This document shows positions 17,742 through 27,741 of a stretch of 64,000 nucleotides of DNA, piece after piece (positions within the stretch are counted from its first letter, which is position 1; the number at the start of each line of letters is the position of its first letter). The notes beneath the pieces were generated by a model. That model was not told where the DNA came from. It saw only the letters and a list, made by a program, of their open reading frames with translations, and made no database searches. The translations under genes and the position numbers were made by a program. Source of the stretch: a virus; IMG/VR virus record IMGVR_UViG_3300042465_000293, positions 3,241 to 67,240 of that record; one strand, written 5' to 3'.

Positions 17742-19296
17742 AAGCACTTCTCTCAGTGCAGATGACTTCACAGAGGTCGAAATCCGGCTAATGCTGGACA
17801 ATATTGACGCTTATACGCCTGAAGAACAGGCCGAAATTGAGAAAATTGCAGACATTATTGACAGTCGCAAGACGGCAAAAGCATGTTTTGACGATCTGGT
17901 GGAGTTCTGCAAACACATGCAGCCAGACTACAAGGTGGGTAAACACCACCGCAGATTGGCCAATTTGCTGATGGACATTGCTGCGGGGAACAAAGACCGT
18001 GTGTGCGTGAACATGCCACCACGACACGGCAAGTCGCAGATGGTGTCTATCTATTTCCCGGCTTGGTTTCTGGGAAAATACCCGAACAAGAAGGTGCTGA
18101 TGGTCTCCCACACCACAGACCTCGCCGTGGACTTTGGCCGCAAGGTCAGGAACATCATTGACTCAGATGACTACAAACTCGTCTTCCCCAACGTCGGACT
18201 TGCCTCAGACTCAAAAAGCGCAGGACGCTGGAGCACAAGCGCCGGTGGCGAATACTTCGCCTGTGGTGTCGGCTCTGCTCTGGCTGGCCGTGGTGCTGAT
18301 TTGCTTCTTGTCGATGATCCTCATAATGAACAGGACATCATCAATGGAAACTTTGACGTATTCGACAAAGCCTACGAGTGGTTTACATACGGTGCCCGTA
18401 CTCGTCTCATGCCCGGTGGCCGCGTTGCCATTGTGCAAACAAGGTGGCATCAGAACGACCTGACAGGTCGCGTCACCAATGACATGCGGGCCAACGAGGG
18501 CTCTGATCAGTACGAGGTGATTGAGTTCCCAGCCATCGTGGACACGGAGCAGACAGACGGAAGCATTGTGCAAAAGCCGCTGTGGCCTGAGTTCTTCGAC
18601 ATGAAGGCGCTGCTGAGAACCAAGGCGTCAATGCCTACGTTCCAGTGGAATGCGCAGTACCAGCAGAACCCCACCGCAGAAGAAGCGTCGGTCGTCAAGC
18701 GTGACTGGTGGAAGCTCTGGGAGAAGGAAGACCCACCAATATGTGAGTACGTGATCATGAGTCTGGACGCGGCGGCTGAGAGCCACAACCGCGCTGACTT
18801 TACCGCCCTGACAACATGGGGCGTGTTCATGAACGACGAGGAAGGGTGCCACAACATCATCCTGCTCAACTCAATCAAAAAGCGGCTGGAATTCCCAGAA
18901 CTCAAAGAACTCGCGTATTCTGAATACCAAGAGTGGGAGCCAGATGCGTTCATCGTGGAGAAGAAATCTGCGGGTACGCAGCTTTACCAAGAGATGAGAC
19001 GTACCGGTATTCCTGTGGGGGAGTACACCCCGCACAGAGGTAGCGGAGATAAGCTGGCACGGTTAAACTCTGTGGCAGACATCGTGCGCTCTGGTTTGTG
19101 CTGGGTGCCTGACACCCGCTGGGCCGAGGAGGTCGTGGAGGAGATTGCAGGTTTCCCATTCATGAGTAACGATGACTTGGTGGACTCAACGGTCATGGCA
19201 CTGATGCGGTTTCGCCAAGGGGGCTTCATCCGATTGCCTTCTGACGAGCCGGATGAGATTCGATATTTCAAGTCCCGCAAGGGCGGATACTACTAA
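17734..19296 (+). CDS. terL: Terminase large subunit
   Basis: MPPRHGKS Walker A, LLVDDP Walker B, QTRWH, YQQNP, DDLVDS nuclease motif. Confidence 0.95.
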   Translation: MTESTSLSADDFTEVEIRLMLDNIDAYTPEEQAEIEKIADIIDSRKTAKACFDDLVEFCKHMQPDYKVGKHHRRLANLLMDIAAGNKDRVCVNMPPRHGKSQMVSIYFPAWFLGKYPNKKVLMVSHTTDLAVDFGRKVRNIIDSDDYKLVFPNVGLASDSKSAGRWSTSAGGEYFACGVGSALAGRGADLLLVDDPHNEQDIINGNFDVFDKAYEWFTYGARTRLMPGGRVAIVQTRWHQNDLTGRVTNDMRANEGSDQYEVIEFPAIVDTEQTDGSIVQKPLWPEFFDMKALLRTKASMPTFQWNAQYQQNPTAEEASVVKRDWWKLWEKEDPPICEYVIMSLDAAAESHNRADFTALTTWGVFMNDEEGCHNIILLNSIKKRLEFPELKELAYSEYQEWEPDAFIVEKKSAGTQLYQEMRRTGIPVGEYTPHRGSGDKLARLNSVADIVRSGLCWVPDTRWAEEVVEEIAGFPFMSNDDLVDSTVMALMRFRQGGFIRLPSDEPDEIRYFKSRKGGYY

Positions 19297-19305
19297 GGAC
19301 AAATC

Positions 19306-21726
19306 ATGGCAGCAACAGATTCAATGAGTAAAGGCTTGTACTCCGCACCGCAAGGTCTGGAGAGCTTGGGCGAGAGCATCGAGATGGAGATGGACGAGGA
19401 AACTGACTCGACCGTCAACATGCTGCCTGACGGCGGTGCAGAGATCATCATGGGCGAGGCCACAGACATAGAGGACGACTCTGACTTTGAGGCCAACCTT
19501 GCAGAGCACATGGACGAGGGCGTGCTGCACTCTCTGTCTAACGACCTGATTGAGTTGTTTGAAGCCGACATGGTGGCCCGCAAAGACTGGGCTGACACAT
19601 TCGTCAAGGGTCTGGAAGTGCTGGGCTTCAAGTACGAGGAGCGCACTGAGCCATGGGACGACGCCTGTGGTGTGTACTCCACAGTGCTGGCAGAAGCTGC
19701 GATCAGGTTCCAAGCTGAAACCATGAGCGAGACATTCCCTGCCGCTGGCCCTGTCAAGACAAAGATTCTTGGCAAGACCACAAAGGAGAAGGAAGAAGCT
19801 GCTGAGCGTGTCAAGAACGACATGAACTATCAGTTGACAGAGCGCATGGTCGAGTACCGGCCAGAGCATGAGCGCATGTTGTACAGCTTGGGCCTTGCAG
19901 GTAGCGCGTTCAAGAAGGTGTACTTCGATCCACTGCTCGGTCGTCAAGTCTCTATCTACTTGCCTGCTGAAGATGTTGTGGTGCCATACGGTGCGTCACA
20001 CATCGAGACCGCAGAGCGCGTCACTCACGTGATGCGTAAAACCAAAAACGAGATGGACAAGCTGATGGCCAGCGGGTTCTACCGCGACATCGACCTTGGT
20101 GACCCCCAGTCGTTCCCCACAGATGTGGAGAAGAAAAAGGCTGAAGAAGGCGGCTACACAATCCAGAGCGACGACCGCTACACGCTGCTGGAGATCAGCG
20201 TTGACATGCTGATTGAAGGTGTAGACGACGAGGAAGACGAGCTACCTAAGCCATACGTTGTGACCATCGACCGAGGCACAACTGAAGTGTTGGCCGTGCG
20301 CCGTAACTGGAAAGAAGAAGACCCGCTACGCTTGAAGGATGACCACTTTGTGCACTACGTGTATGTGCCGGGTTTTGGCTTCTATGGTCTGGGCCTTATC
20401 CACATCATTGGTGGCTACGCACGCGCTGGCACCTCAATCATCCGTCAGTTGGTAGATGCAGGTACGCTGTCAAACCTGCCGGGTGGTCTGAAGGCCCGTG
20501 GCCTGCGTGTTAAGGGTGACGACACACCGATCAACCCCGGTGAGTTCCGCGACGTGGACGTGCCAAGCGGCTCGATCAAAGACAACATCATGATGCTCCC
20601 ATACAAGGAGCCATCACAAACACTGCTTGCGTTGTTACAGCGCATCACCGAAGAAGGCCGTCGCCTTGGCGCAATCAGCGACATGAACGTGTCGGACATG
20701 AGCGCAAACGCGCCGGTGGGCACCACGCTGGCATTGCTGGAGCGCACGCTCAAGCCCATGGCGGCTGTACAAGCCCGAGTGCACTATGCGATGAAGCAAG
20801 AGTTCAAGCTCTTGAAGAAAATCATTGCAGAAGAAGCACCAGAGGAGTACAGCTACCAGCCTGAGACTGGCCTGTCCAGAGCCCGCAAGACTGACTACGC
20901 GATGGTGGATGTCATCCCCGTCAGCGACCCCAATAGCAGCACGATGGCTCAGCGTGTGGTGCAGTATCAAGCTGTGTTCCAGATGTCGCAGTCTGCTCCG
21001 CAGATTTATGACCTGCCCTATTTGCACCGTCAGATGATTGAGGTGCTGGGCATCAAGAACGCCGACAAGATTGTGCCAACGAGCGAAGATCAGAAGCCAC
21101 GTGACCCAGTGTCTGAAAACATGTCAGCGTTGGTGGGTAAGCCAATGAAGGCGTTTATCTATCAAGATCACGAGGCACACATTGCGACCCACACGTCGTT
21201 CATGCAAGACCCGATGATTGCGCAAACAATCGGCCAGAACCCACAGGCTCAGCAGATCATGGCTTCACTGCAAGCACACATCGCCGAGCACTTGGGTTTC
21301 AGCTACCGCAAACAAATGGAAGAACGCCTTGGTGTCACCTTGCCACCACCAGACGAGCCACTGCCAGAAGACGTGGAAGTTCAGTTGTCCAAGCTCATCG
21401 CCGATGGTGGCAAGCAGTTGGCCCAGCAGCACCAGCAGCAAGCAGCGCAGGCACAAGCCCAGCAGCAAGCCGCAGACCCACTGTTCCAGTTGGAGCAGGC
21501 CAAGGTCAAAGTGCAGGAGATGGAGGTCACTCGCAAAGCGCAGAAAGACCAGACCGACGCAGAGATTGCCGCAGCAAAACTCGTCATGGAGAAAGAGCGC
21601 GTGCAGATCGAAGCCGACAAGGAAGCCAATCGCGTCGAGGCACAAAAATCTCAAGCTCAGCAACGTCTGAAACTTGATGCACTCAAGGTGTTAGCCACAC
21701 CAAAATCCCAAGGGAAGAAGGAGTAA
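19306..21726 (+). CDS. Portal protein (P22-like, long Gln-rich C-terminal barrel)
   Basis: Follows terL; 806 aa; GSAFKKVY, GFYGLGL, C-terminal coiled coil. Confidence 0.88.
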   Translation: MAATDSMSKGLYSAPQGLESLGESIEMEMDEETDSTVNMLPDGGAEIIMGEATDIEDDSDFEANLAEHMDEGVLHSLSNDLIELFEADMVARKDWADTFVKGLEVLGFKYEERTEPWDDACGVYSTVLAEAAIRFQAETMSETFPAAGPVKTKILGKTTKEKEEAAERVKNDMNYQLTERMVEYRPEHERMLYSLGLAGSAFKKVYFDPLLGRQVSIYLPAEDVVVPYGASHIETAERVTHVMRKTKNEMDKLMASGFYRDIDLGDPQSFPTDVEKKKAEEGGYTIQSDDRYTLLEISVDMLIEGVDDEEDELPKPYVVTIDRGTTEVLAVRRNWKEEDPLRLKDDHFVHYVYVPGFGFYGLGLIHIIGGYARAGTSIIRQLVDAGTLSNLPGGLKARGLRVKGDDTPINPGEFRDVDVPSGSIKDNIMMLPYKEPSQTLLALLQRITEEGRRLGAISDMNVSDMSANAPVGTTLALLERTLKPMAAVQARVHYAMKQEFKLLKKIIAEEAPEEYSYQPETGLSRARKTDYAMVDVIPVSDPNSSTMAQRVVQYQAVFQMSQSAPQIYDLPYLHRQMIEVLGIKNADKIVPTSEDQKPRDPVSENMSALVGKPMKAFIYQDHEAHIATHTSFMQDPMIAQTIGQNPQAQQIMASLQAHIAEHLGFSYRKQMEERLGVTLPPPDEPLPEDVEVQLSKLIADGGKQLAQQHQQQAAQAQAQQQAADPLFQLEQAKVKVQEMEVTRKAQKDQTDAEIAAAKLVMEKERVQIEADKEANRVEAQKSQAQQRLKLDALKVLATPKSQGKKE

Positions 21727-21729
21727 TCC

Positions 21730-21930
21730 ATGGCCAAATCCGTCTTTGACGTGCTCATCATGAAACATGAGGAAGATGTAACTTCCGCAACCCAGTTCTT
21801 GGCAAACGGTGGGGCTAAAGACCTCGCTGAATACCGGGAAGTAGTAGGCAGGATTCGAGGTCTCCAGCTTGCTATTCAAACAACCAAAGACCTTTCGCGC
21901 TCTCAAATGGAAGAAGAAGATCATGAATGA
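21730..21930 (+). CDS. Small head-module protein
   Basis: YREVVGRIRGL; GGAG SD. Confidence 0.75.
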   Translation: MAKSVFDVLIMKHEEDVTSATQFLANGGAKDLAEYREVVGRIRGLQLAIQTTKDLSRSQMEEEDHE

Positions 21931-22303
21931 TCAAGTTGAAACCGCCGTGACTGACGAAGAAGTGGAAGCCCAGCTTCCAAAACCCGTTGGGTATCGGTTG
22001 CTTGTGGCACTGCCGCAGATTGAAGAAACCATCGGTGAAATAAAACTCTTTAAACCCAAGCAGACTATGCGTGAAGAACGCATCCTGTCTACGGTTGGGT
22101 TGGTGTTGGATATGGGCGACCAAGCCTATTCTGACCCCACACGTTTCCCAAATGGCCCGTGGTGCAAGGTGGGCGACTATGTTGTTTTCGCGTCATACAC
22201 AGGCACCCGTCTCAGTGTAAATGGCGTGGAGTATCGCCTGATGAATGACGACTCCATCGAGGCAGTCGTCGCCGACCCGCGTGGCGTTTCGCGTGCTGGA
22301 TAA
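21923..22303 (+). CDS. groES: GroES-like co-chaperonin
   Basis: PVGYRLLV, KVGDYVVFASYTG, EYRLMNDDSIEAVV. Confidence 0.85.
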   Translation: MNDQVETAVTDEEVEAQLPKPVGYRLLVALPQIEETIGEIKLFKPKQTMREERILSTVGLVLDMGDQAYSDPTRFPNGPWCKVGDYVVFASYTGTRLSVNGVEYRLMNDDSIEAVVADPRGVSRAG

Positions 22304-22313
22304 GGAGTAAATC

Positions 22314-23348
22314 ATGGCAATACAAAAAGTGGAGTTTGAGTTCCCCGATCCAGATAAAGAATCGGGTACCGCAGACTTTGTAGAAAAGAACGACGGCAGC
22401 TTTGCGCTGAAGGTCGAGGGACGCGCTTCGGATGAAGAAGCCAAGCGTGAAAAGTCCAAGGCGAAAGCCAAGGAAGACGATTTTGACATCGAGGTGGTTG
22501 ATGACCGCCCCGAGGAAGATCAAGGAAAGAAGCGTTCTAAGGCTCCTATGGAGCTTTCCGAAGAGGAAATGGACGAGTATTCCGAGAAGGTGCGAAAGCG
22601 CCTGCAACACTTTAGCAAGGGCTACCACGACCAGCGACGTGCAGCAGAGTCTGCTGCCAAGGAACGTGAGGAAGCGTTGCGCTACGCGCAGCAAATCGCT
22701 GAGGAGAACAAGAAGCTCAAGGGCACTGTCTCCAAGAACCAAGAAGCGATGCTGGAATCAGCCAAAAAAATGGCTGCTGCGGAGCATGACGAGGCCAAAG
22801 TTCGGTACAAAAAAGCCTACGAATCTGGTGAAGCAGACGCCGTAGTCGAGGCCCAAGAGGCACTAACTGCTGCAAAAATGAAGGTTGAGCGAGTAAACAA
22901 TCTCAAACTTCCTGCTTTACAAGAAGACGAGTATGATGTACAAACACAAACAACCGCCCCAGCACAGTCAGTTGATGACCGCGCCGTAAGTTGGCAACAA
23001 GCCAACAAATGGTTCGGAGATGACGATGAGATGACCAGTTTTGCGTTGGGGTTGCACCAAAAACTGGTCAAACAGGGCGTCAACCCGCGATCTGACGAAT
23101 ACTACGAGAAAATCAACTCTCGTATGCGCCAAGTGTTCCCAGAGTCCTTTGAGGGCGATGATGGACAAGAGGAGGTGACCGAAGAGCGTCGTCGCAAGAC
23201 GACAGTCGTTGCATCTGCTACTCGAAGTGTGTCTCCAAAAAAGATCACGCTGACGAAGACACAGGTTGCTCTGGCTAACAGGCTCGGAGTGCCACTAAAC
23301 GAATACGCCAAACAGGTTGCTATAGAATTGAGGAAACAAAATGGCTGA
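22314..23348 (+). CDS. Putative scaffolding protein
   Basis: Acidic coiled coil before capsid genes; C-terminal QVALANRLGVPLNEYAK. Confidence 0.7.
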   Translation: MAIQKVEFEFPDPDKESGTADFVEKNDGSFALKVEGRASDEEAKREKSKAKAKEDDFDIEVVDDRPEEDQGKKRSKAPMELSEEEMDEYSEKVRKRLQHFSKGYHDQRRAAESAAKEREEALRYAQQIAEENKKLKGTVSKNQEAMLESAKKMAAAEHDEAKVRYKKAYESGEADAVVEAQEALTAAKMKVERVNNLKLPALQEDEYDVQTQTTAPAQSVDDRAVSWQQANKWFGDDDEMTSFALGLHQKLVKQGVNPRSDEYYEKINSRMRQVFPESFEGDDGQEEVTEERRRKTTVVASATRSVSPKKITLTKTQVALANRLGVPLNEYAKQVAIELRKQNG

Positions 23349-23793
23349 GAACAGACTTAATCGTGAACTGGATACCCGTGAAAAAACGGCCCGCAAGAAA
23401 TCGTGGACTCGTCCCGAGACCTTGCCAACTCCTTTCCCGGAGGATGGCTATGAATTCCACTGGGTTCGCATCAGCACTCGCGGCGAATCTGACGCCATGA
23501 ATGTGTCCTTAAAACTGCAAGAAGGCTGGGAGCCCGTCAAGGCTGCTGACCACCCCGAGATTTTCGTTGCGGGCGTCGAAAACGACCGCTTTAAAGAGAA
23601 CATCGTGATTGGTGGTTTGATGCTTTGTAAAACCCCCACTGAATTTGTTAAGGATCGTAATGAATGGTTTAACCACCAAGCATCGTCCCAGATGAAAACA
23701 GTTGACAACAATCTCATGCGCGAAAATGATCCCCGTATGCCGCTCTACAACGAGCGCAAAACTACGGTGTCTCGTTTTGGCAACGGTACTTAA
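23341..23793 (+). CDS. Conserved head-module protein
   Basis: WVR...EGWEPV...GGLMLCK; synteny. Confidence 0.75.
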   Translation: MAENRLNRELDTREKTARKKSWTRPETLPTPFPEDGYEFHWVRISTRGESDAMNVSLKLQEGWEPVKAADHPEIFVAGVENDRFKENIVIGGLMLCKTPTEFVKDRNEWFNHQASSQMKTVDNNLMRENDPRMPLYNERKTTVSRFGNGT

Positions 23794-23811
23794 ATTTTTT
23801 AGGAGCTTCAT

Positions 23812-24420
23812 ATGGCTTATCCCACGGTAGACGCCCCCTACGGGCTAAAACCTGTAAACCTAATTGGTGGACAGGTATTTGCGGGCGCAACCCGCTTGAT
23901 GCAAATTGCGAGTGGCTATGCCACCAGCATTTTCTATGGTGACTTGGTAAAACGAGTTGCTGATGGCACTATCGAAAAAGACACGGGCACCACAACTGCC
24001 ACGCCTTGCGGTATCTTCTTGGGCGTTCAGTTTACTAACCAGTCAACTGGTCAAGTCCAACAACAACAGTACTATCCAGCCAGCCAAGCAATCGCTTCGG
24101 GGACAAAAATCTTCGCTGTGGTCGCTGATGATCCTGATACGCTGTTCCAAGTAGTCTCTTGTTCTTCAGGCACAACTGTGGCTGGAATGGGCATTTCTGC
24201 TATTGGTAATAACATTGCTTTGATTCAAAACGCTGGCTCTACCACCACTGGTAACTCAGCAGTAGCTATTGATGAAGGCACTCAAAACACTACCAATACG
24301 CTGCCTATCCGCATCATTGATGTGGTTCGTGAGACAGCAACAGGCTCTGATACATTTGTTGAGTTTATCGTCAAGATAAATGCAACTATGCACCAGTACA
24401 ACAACTCAACCGGTGTATAA
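23812..24420 (+). CDS. Putative capsid decoration / cement protein
   Basis: APYGLKP, IFYGDLV, DDPD; directly before the major capsid gene. Confidence 0.65.
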   Translation: MAYPTVDAPYGLKPVNLIGGQVFAGATRLMQIASGYATSIFYGDLVKRVADGTIEKDTGTTTATPCGIFLGVQFTNQSTGQVQQQQYYPASQAIASGTKIFAVVADDPDTLFQVVSCSSGTTVAGMGISAIGNNIALIQNAGSTTTGNSAVAIDEGTQNTTNTLPIRIIDVVRETATGSDTFVEFIVKINATMHQYNNSTGV

Positions 24421-24431
24421 GGAGCTAAATC

Positions 24432-25340
24432 ATGGCTATTTCACGCGCACAACTACTTAAAGAACTGCTCCCCGGCCTAAACGCCTTGTTTGGTTTGGAG
24501 TACAAAAAGTACGGCGAAGAGCACAAAGAGATTTTCGAGACCGAAACCTCTGAGCGTTCTTTTGAAGAAGAAACCAAGTTGTCTGGCTTCAGTGCCGCTC
24601 CAGTGAAGAATGAAGGTTCTGCATTGGCGTACGACAACGCGCAAGAAGCGTGGACTGCACGTTACGTGCACGAAACCATTGCGATGGGTTTCTCTCTGAC
24701 CGAAGAGGCTATCGAAGACAACTTGTATGACTCGTTGTCCGCTCGATACACCAAGGCTTTGGCTCGCGCCATGGCTTACACCAAGCAAGTTAAAGCTGCT
24801 TCGATCTTGAACACTGCCTTTACTGGCGGCCCCACCTACGGTGACGGTCAAGTTCTGTGCTCGACAGCCCACCCTCTGGTGTCTGGTGGTGTTAACAGCA
24901 ACCGTCCTACTGTCGCTGCCGACTTGAATGAGACTTCCTTGGAAGCCGCTGTCATTCAGATCGCTGGTTGGACAGACGAACGTGGTCTGTTGATCGCTGC
25001 TCAGCCTAAGAAACTGATCGTCCCCCCAAGCCTGCAATTCGTTGCAACCCGTTTGTTGGAAACCGAACTCCGCGTCGGTACAGCTGATAACGACATCAAC
25101 GCGCTCAAGAACAACAGTTCTATCCGCGAAGGTTACGCTATCAACCACTACCTGACAGACAACAACGCATGGTTCTTGATGACTGACGTGCCTAACGGTT
25201 TGAAGCACTTTGTTCGTAGCCCATTGCAAAATGGTATGGACGCTGACTTTGATACCGGTAACAGCCGTTACAAGGCCCGCGAGCGTTACAGCTTCGGTGT
25301 TTCCGACCCTCTGGGTATCTTCGGTTCTCCCGGCGCTTAA
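24432..25340 (+). CDS. Major capsid protein
   Basis: MAISRAQLLKELLPGLNALFG, PKKLIVPP, RERYSFG; strong codon bias; terminator follows. Confidence 0.9.
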   Translation: MAISRAQLLKELLPGLNALFGLEYKKYGEEHKEIFETETSERSFEEETKLSGFSAAPVKNEGSALAYDNAQEAWTARYVHETIAMGFSLTEEAIEDNLYDSLSARYTKALARAMAYTKQVKAASILNTAFTGGPTYGDGQVLCSTAHPLVSGGVNSNRPTVAADLNETSLEAAVIQIAGWTDERGLLIAAQPKKLIVPPSLQFVATRLLETELRVGTADNDINALKNNSSIREGYAINHYLTDNNAWFLMTDVPNGLKHFVRSPLQNGMDADFDTGNSRYKARERYSFGVSDPLGIFGSPGA

Positions 25341-25358
25341 TATTTCTTTGGAAATAGT

Positions 25359-25389
25359 GAAAAGGGGCTCTTGTGGCCCCTTTTCTTTT
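25359..25389 (+). terminator. Rho-independent terminator after the capsid gene, overlapping a TTGTGG-17-TATATT promoter (25371-25399)
   Basis: gaaaaggggc-tcttgtg-gccccttttc-tttt. Confidence 0.8.
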
Positions 25390-25405
25390 GGTGTATATTG
25401 CTTTC

Positions 25406-25488
25406 AATCCGGGCTTTCCGGTGCATCAAACTGTCCCGGCAGACGACATACCGATTGATGCACTTAACTTGTATGTAAGGAACCTATC
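25406..25488 (+). ncRNA. Candidate structured cis-regulatory leader RNA (double pseudoknot)
   Basis: Four complementary segment pairs in ~70 nt; the last abuts the SD. Confidence 0.55.
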
Positions 25489-26028
25489 ATGGCACGCACT
25501 ACGTTTCAAGGCCCAGTTCGCTCGTTGGGCGGCATCTATCAACAAGGCCCCGCCTCTGTTGTTGAAATTACAACCAGCACCACACTGAGCCCCGAAGCTC
25601 ACGGCGGTCGTATCATTTCTGTCGGTGGCTCTTTGGCCGCTGCACTCACATTGACGCTCCCCACGATCAATGTTTCGACCAACCCGACCACGTCTGGCCC
25701 CGGTCAAGACCCCAATACACTGAACAACGAAGGCGTTGTCTACACCATCTGGGTTCCCACTACCATCTCCACCAGTTCGTTGAAGATTGGTACTAACGGT
25801 ACTGACAAGTTTATTGGTTCGGTAATTTCCGTGGACACCGACACCTCTGACGCAGTGGTAGGCTTTACCGCTGGTGCAAGCGACGACTTTATCAACTTTA
25901 ACGGCACCACCACTGGCGGCGTAGCAGGCACATGGATTCAGATCGTTGCTGTTGCTGCGCTGAAATACATGGTTACCGGCAATGTGTTGGGCTCAGGCAC
26001 TGTCGCTACACCGTTTGCCACTTCCTAA
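25489..26028 (+). CDS. Putative virion structural protein
   Basis: MARTTFQGPVRS; Thr/Gly-rich beta protein after the capsid gene. Confidence 0.75.
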   Translation: MARTTFQGPVRSLGGIYQQGPASVVEITTSTTLSPEAHGGRIISVGGSLAAALTLTLPTINVSTNPTTSGPGQDPNTLNNEGVVYTIWVPTTISTSSLKIGTNGTDKFIGSVISVDTDTSDAVVGFTAGASDDFINFNGTTTGGVAGTWIQIVAVAALKYMVTGNVLGSGTVATPFATS

Positions 26029-26036
26029 TCAACCCA

Positions 26037-26056
26037 AGGGGCTTCGGCCCCTGTTC
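26037..26056 (+). terminator. UUCG-tetraloop hairpin (weak terminator or stabiliser)
   Basis: aggggc-ttcg-gcccct-gttc. Confidence 0.55.
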
Positions 26057-26071
26057 TAAAGGAGATTGATT

Positions 26072-26545
26072 ATGGGTATGCAATATGATGTTAAGTCGCA
26101 ACACGCGGCTACCTCTGGCTTGATGGTTCCGTTTCGTACTCGTTTAAAGGGCGCGGTAATATTCCCTTTCAGCGGTGCTACGGGCTACTCGGCTTTTGTT
26201 GATAACACCTCGATTGCCGGTACGTACACACGCGCCACAACCACCGCAACTGTAACCGCAGCAAATCACGGTTTGTCTACGGGTCAGTGGGCGTATTTGG
26301 ATTGGGATTTGACCGACAACCCCTACCAAGTGACTGTGACAAACTCCAACGTCTTTACGGTAACTGTGGCTGATTCAGGCGCAGCAAGCGGTAGCGTGAC
26401 TGTGTACAACAAGATGTTGCTTCAGGCCGATGCCTCAAATGCAACGGCGTACACGATGGTGATACCCGGTGAAGGCATTTTGGTTGATAACGGCATTCGG
26501 GTGTTTTTGGCAGCAAGCATTCACTGCACGGTGTTCTATGGCTAA
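26072..26545 (+). CDS. Putative virion protein
   Basis: MQYDVK...IPGEGIL...TVFYG with internal ATVTAANHGL beta domain. Confidence 0.75.
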   Translation: MGMQYDVKSQHAATSGLMVPFRTRLKGAVIFPFSGATGYSAFVDNTSIAGTYTRATTTATVTAANHGLSTGQWAYLDWDLTDNPYQVTVTNSNVFTVTVADSGAASGSVTVYNKMLLQADASNATAYTMVIPGEGILVDNGIRVFLAASIHCTVFYG

Positions 26546-26792
26546 GAAGACCCCCTCCCTTGCTGTTGGTCGTGGCGAAAAGCTGCCTGCTTCCAAGGGG
26601 GCGGGTCTGACTGCCAAAGGCCGTGCCAAGTACAACGCTGCAACCGGCAGCAACCTCAAAGCCCCGCAGCCGCAGGGTGGCAAGCGCAAGGACTCGTTCT
26701 GCGCACGCATGAGTGGTATGCCGGGGCCGATGAAAGACGAGAAGGGTAAGCCCACTCGTAAAGCCGCTTCACTTGCGAGATGGAAATGTTAG
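26538..26792 (+). CDS. Small basic protein (DUF6321-like)
   Basis: GLTAKGRAKYN...NLKAP...SFCARM...LARWKC. Confidence 0.75.
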   Translation: MAKKTPSLAVGRGEKLPASKGAGLTAKGRAKYNAATGSNLKAPQPQGGKRKDSFCARMSGMPGPMKDEKGKPTRKAASLARWKC

Positions 26793-27028
26793 ATTTAAAC
26801 ACGGCATGGTCAGCAATCCTATCCTTAGTGATCGGATTGTTTGGCTATATGATGAATGAGAAGTTCAGGGAACTGACTCGCATCACGATCTTGCTGAACA
26901 AAACCCGTGAGGAGGTTGCCCGTGATAACGTCACTCAAGCAGAAGTGGATCGAATTACAAACCACATTGACCAACGCTTTAACAAACTTGAAGCAAAAAT
27001 TGACCAGCTTATTCAAGCGGGGAGATAA
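26780..27028 (+). CDS. Small membrane / coiled-coil protein
   Basis: N-terminal TM helix; LLNKTREEVA...LEAKID. Confidence 0.7.
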   Translation: MEMLDLNTAWSAILSLVIGLFGYMMNEKFRELTRITILLNKTREEVARDNVTQAEVDRITNHIDQRFNKLEAKIDQLIQAGR

Positions 27029-27034
27029 ATAATC

Positions 27035-27307
27035 ATGTCAAATGGAAACCCTACACCGCCACCAGCACCCCCACCACCCAGAAGTGAAGGCACCCCAAAT
27101 TTTGGGGAACCATCGTCACTCGGCAGAAATCTTCGTGATGCTGTAAGTATTCCGATTGGTGGTGGAACATTAGAACCCGCTAAAGTGGGTAAAGGGTACG
27201 GAGTTAGGTGGACTAAAAAATTTAATGAAGGTGGCAAAGTTGGTTCTGCTTCTAAGCGTGGAGATGGTATTGCTCAACGCGGTAAAACTAAGGGCAGGTG
27301 TTTGTAA
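27035..27307 (+). CDS. Small basic protein (GG-motif family)
   Basis: FNEGGKV...RGDGIAQRGKTKG. Confidence 0.7.
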   Translation: MSNGNPTPPPAPPPPRSEGTPNFGEPSSLGRNLRDAVSIPIGGGTLEPAKVGKGYGVRWTKKFNEGGKVGSASKRGDGIAQRGKTKGRCL

Positions 27308-27741
27308 TGCCCAGCACGAGTAAGAAGCAACACAATTTCATGGCGGCTGTGGCTAACAACCCAAAGTTTGCTAAGAAAGTAGGCGTCCCACAGTCCGTGG
27401 GTAAAGACTTTAACGAGGCCGATAAAGGTCGCAAATTTTCTAAAGGTGACGATATGAAAAAGATGAATATGGGTGGGTACGCAGACGGTGGTATGACCAT
27501 GGTCAAAAAAGGCGACAAAATGGTTCCCAGCTTTGCTGCTGATGGCGTTGGCAAAATGGCCAAGGGCGGCATGGCTAAAGGCAAAATGCCAGCAGCTTTG
27601 GCTAAGCATGCAGGTATGCCAGCTTCCAAGGCTCACAAAGGTCTGAAGGCTGGTGGCAGTGTCACTCGCGCCGATGGTTGTGTGACCAAGGGCCATACCA
27701 AGGGTAAACAAATCACCATGCAGAAAGGTGGGATGTGCTAA
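27307..27741 (+). CDS. Small Lys/Met/Gly-rich protein
   Basis: MPSTSKKQHNFMAAVANNPKFAKKVG; several xxGG motifs. Confidence 0.75.
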   Translation: MPSTSKKQHNFMAAVANNPKFAKKVGVPQSVGKDFNEADKGRKFSKGDDMKKMNMGGYADGGMTMVKKGDKMVPSFAADGVGKMAKGGMAKGKMPAALAKHAGMPASKAHKGLKAGGSVTRADGCVTKGHTKGKQITMQKGGMC

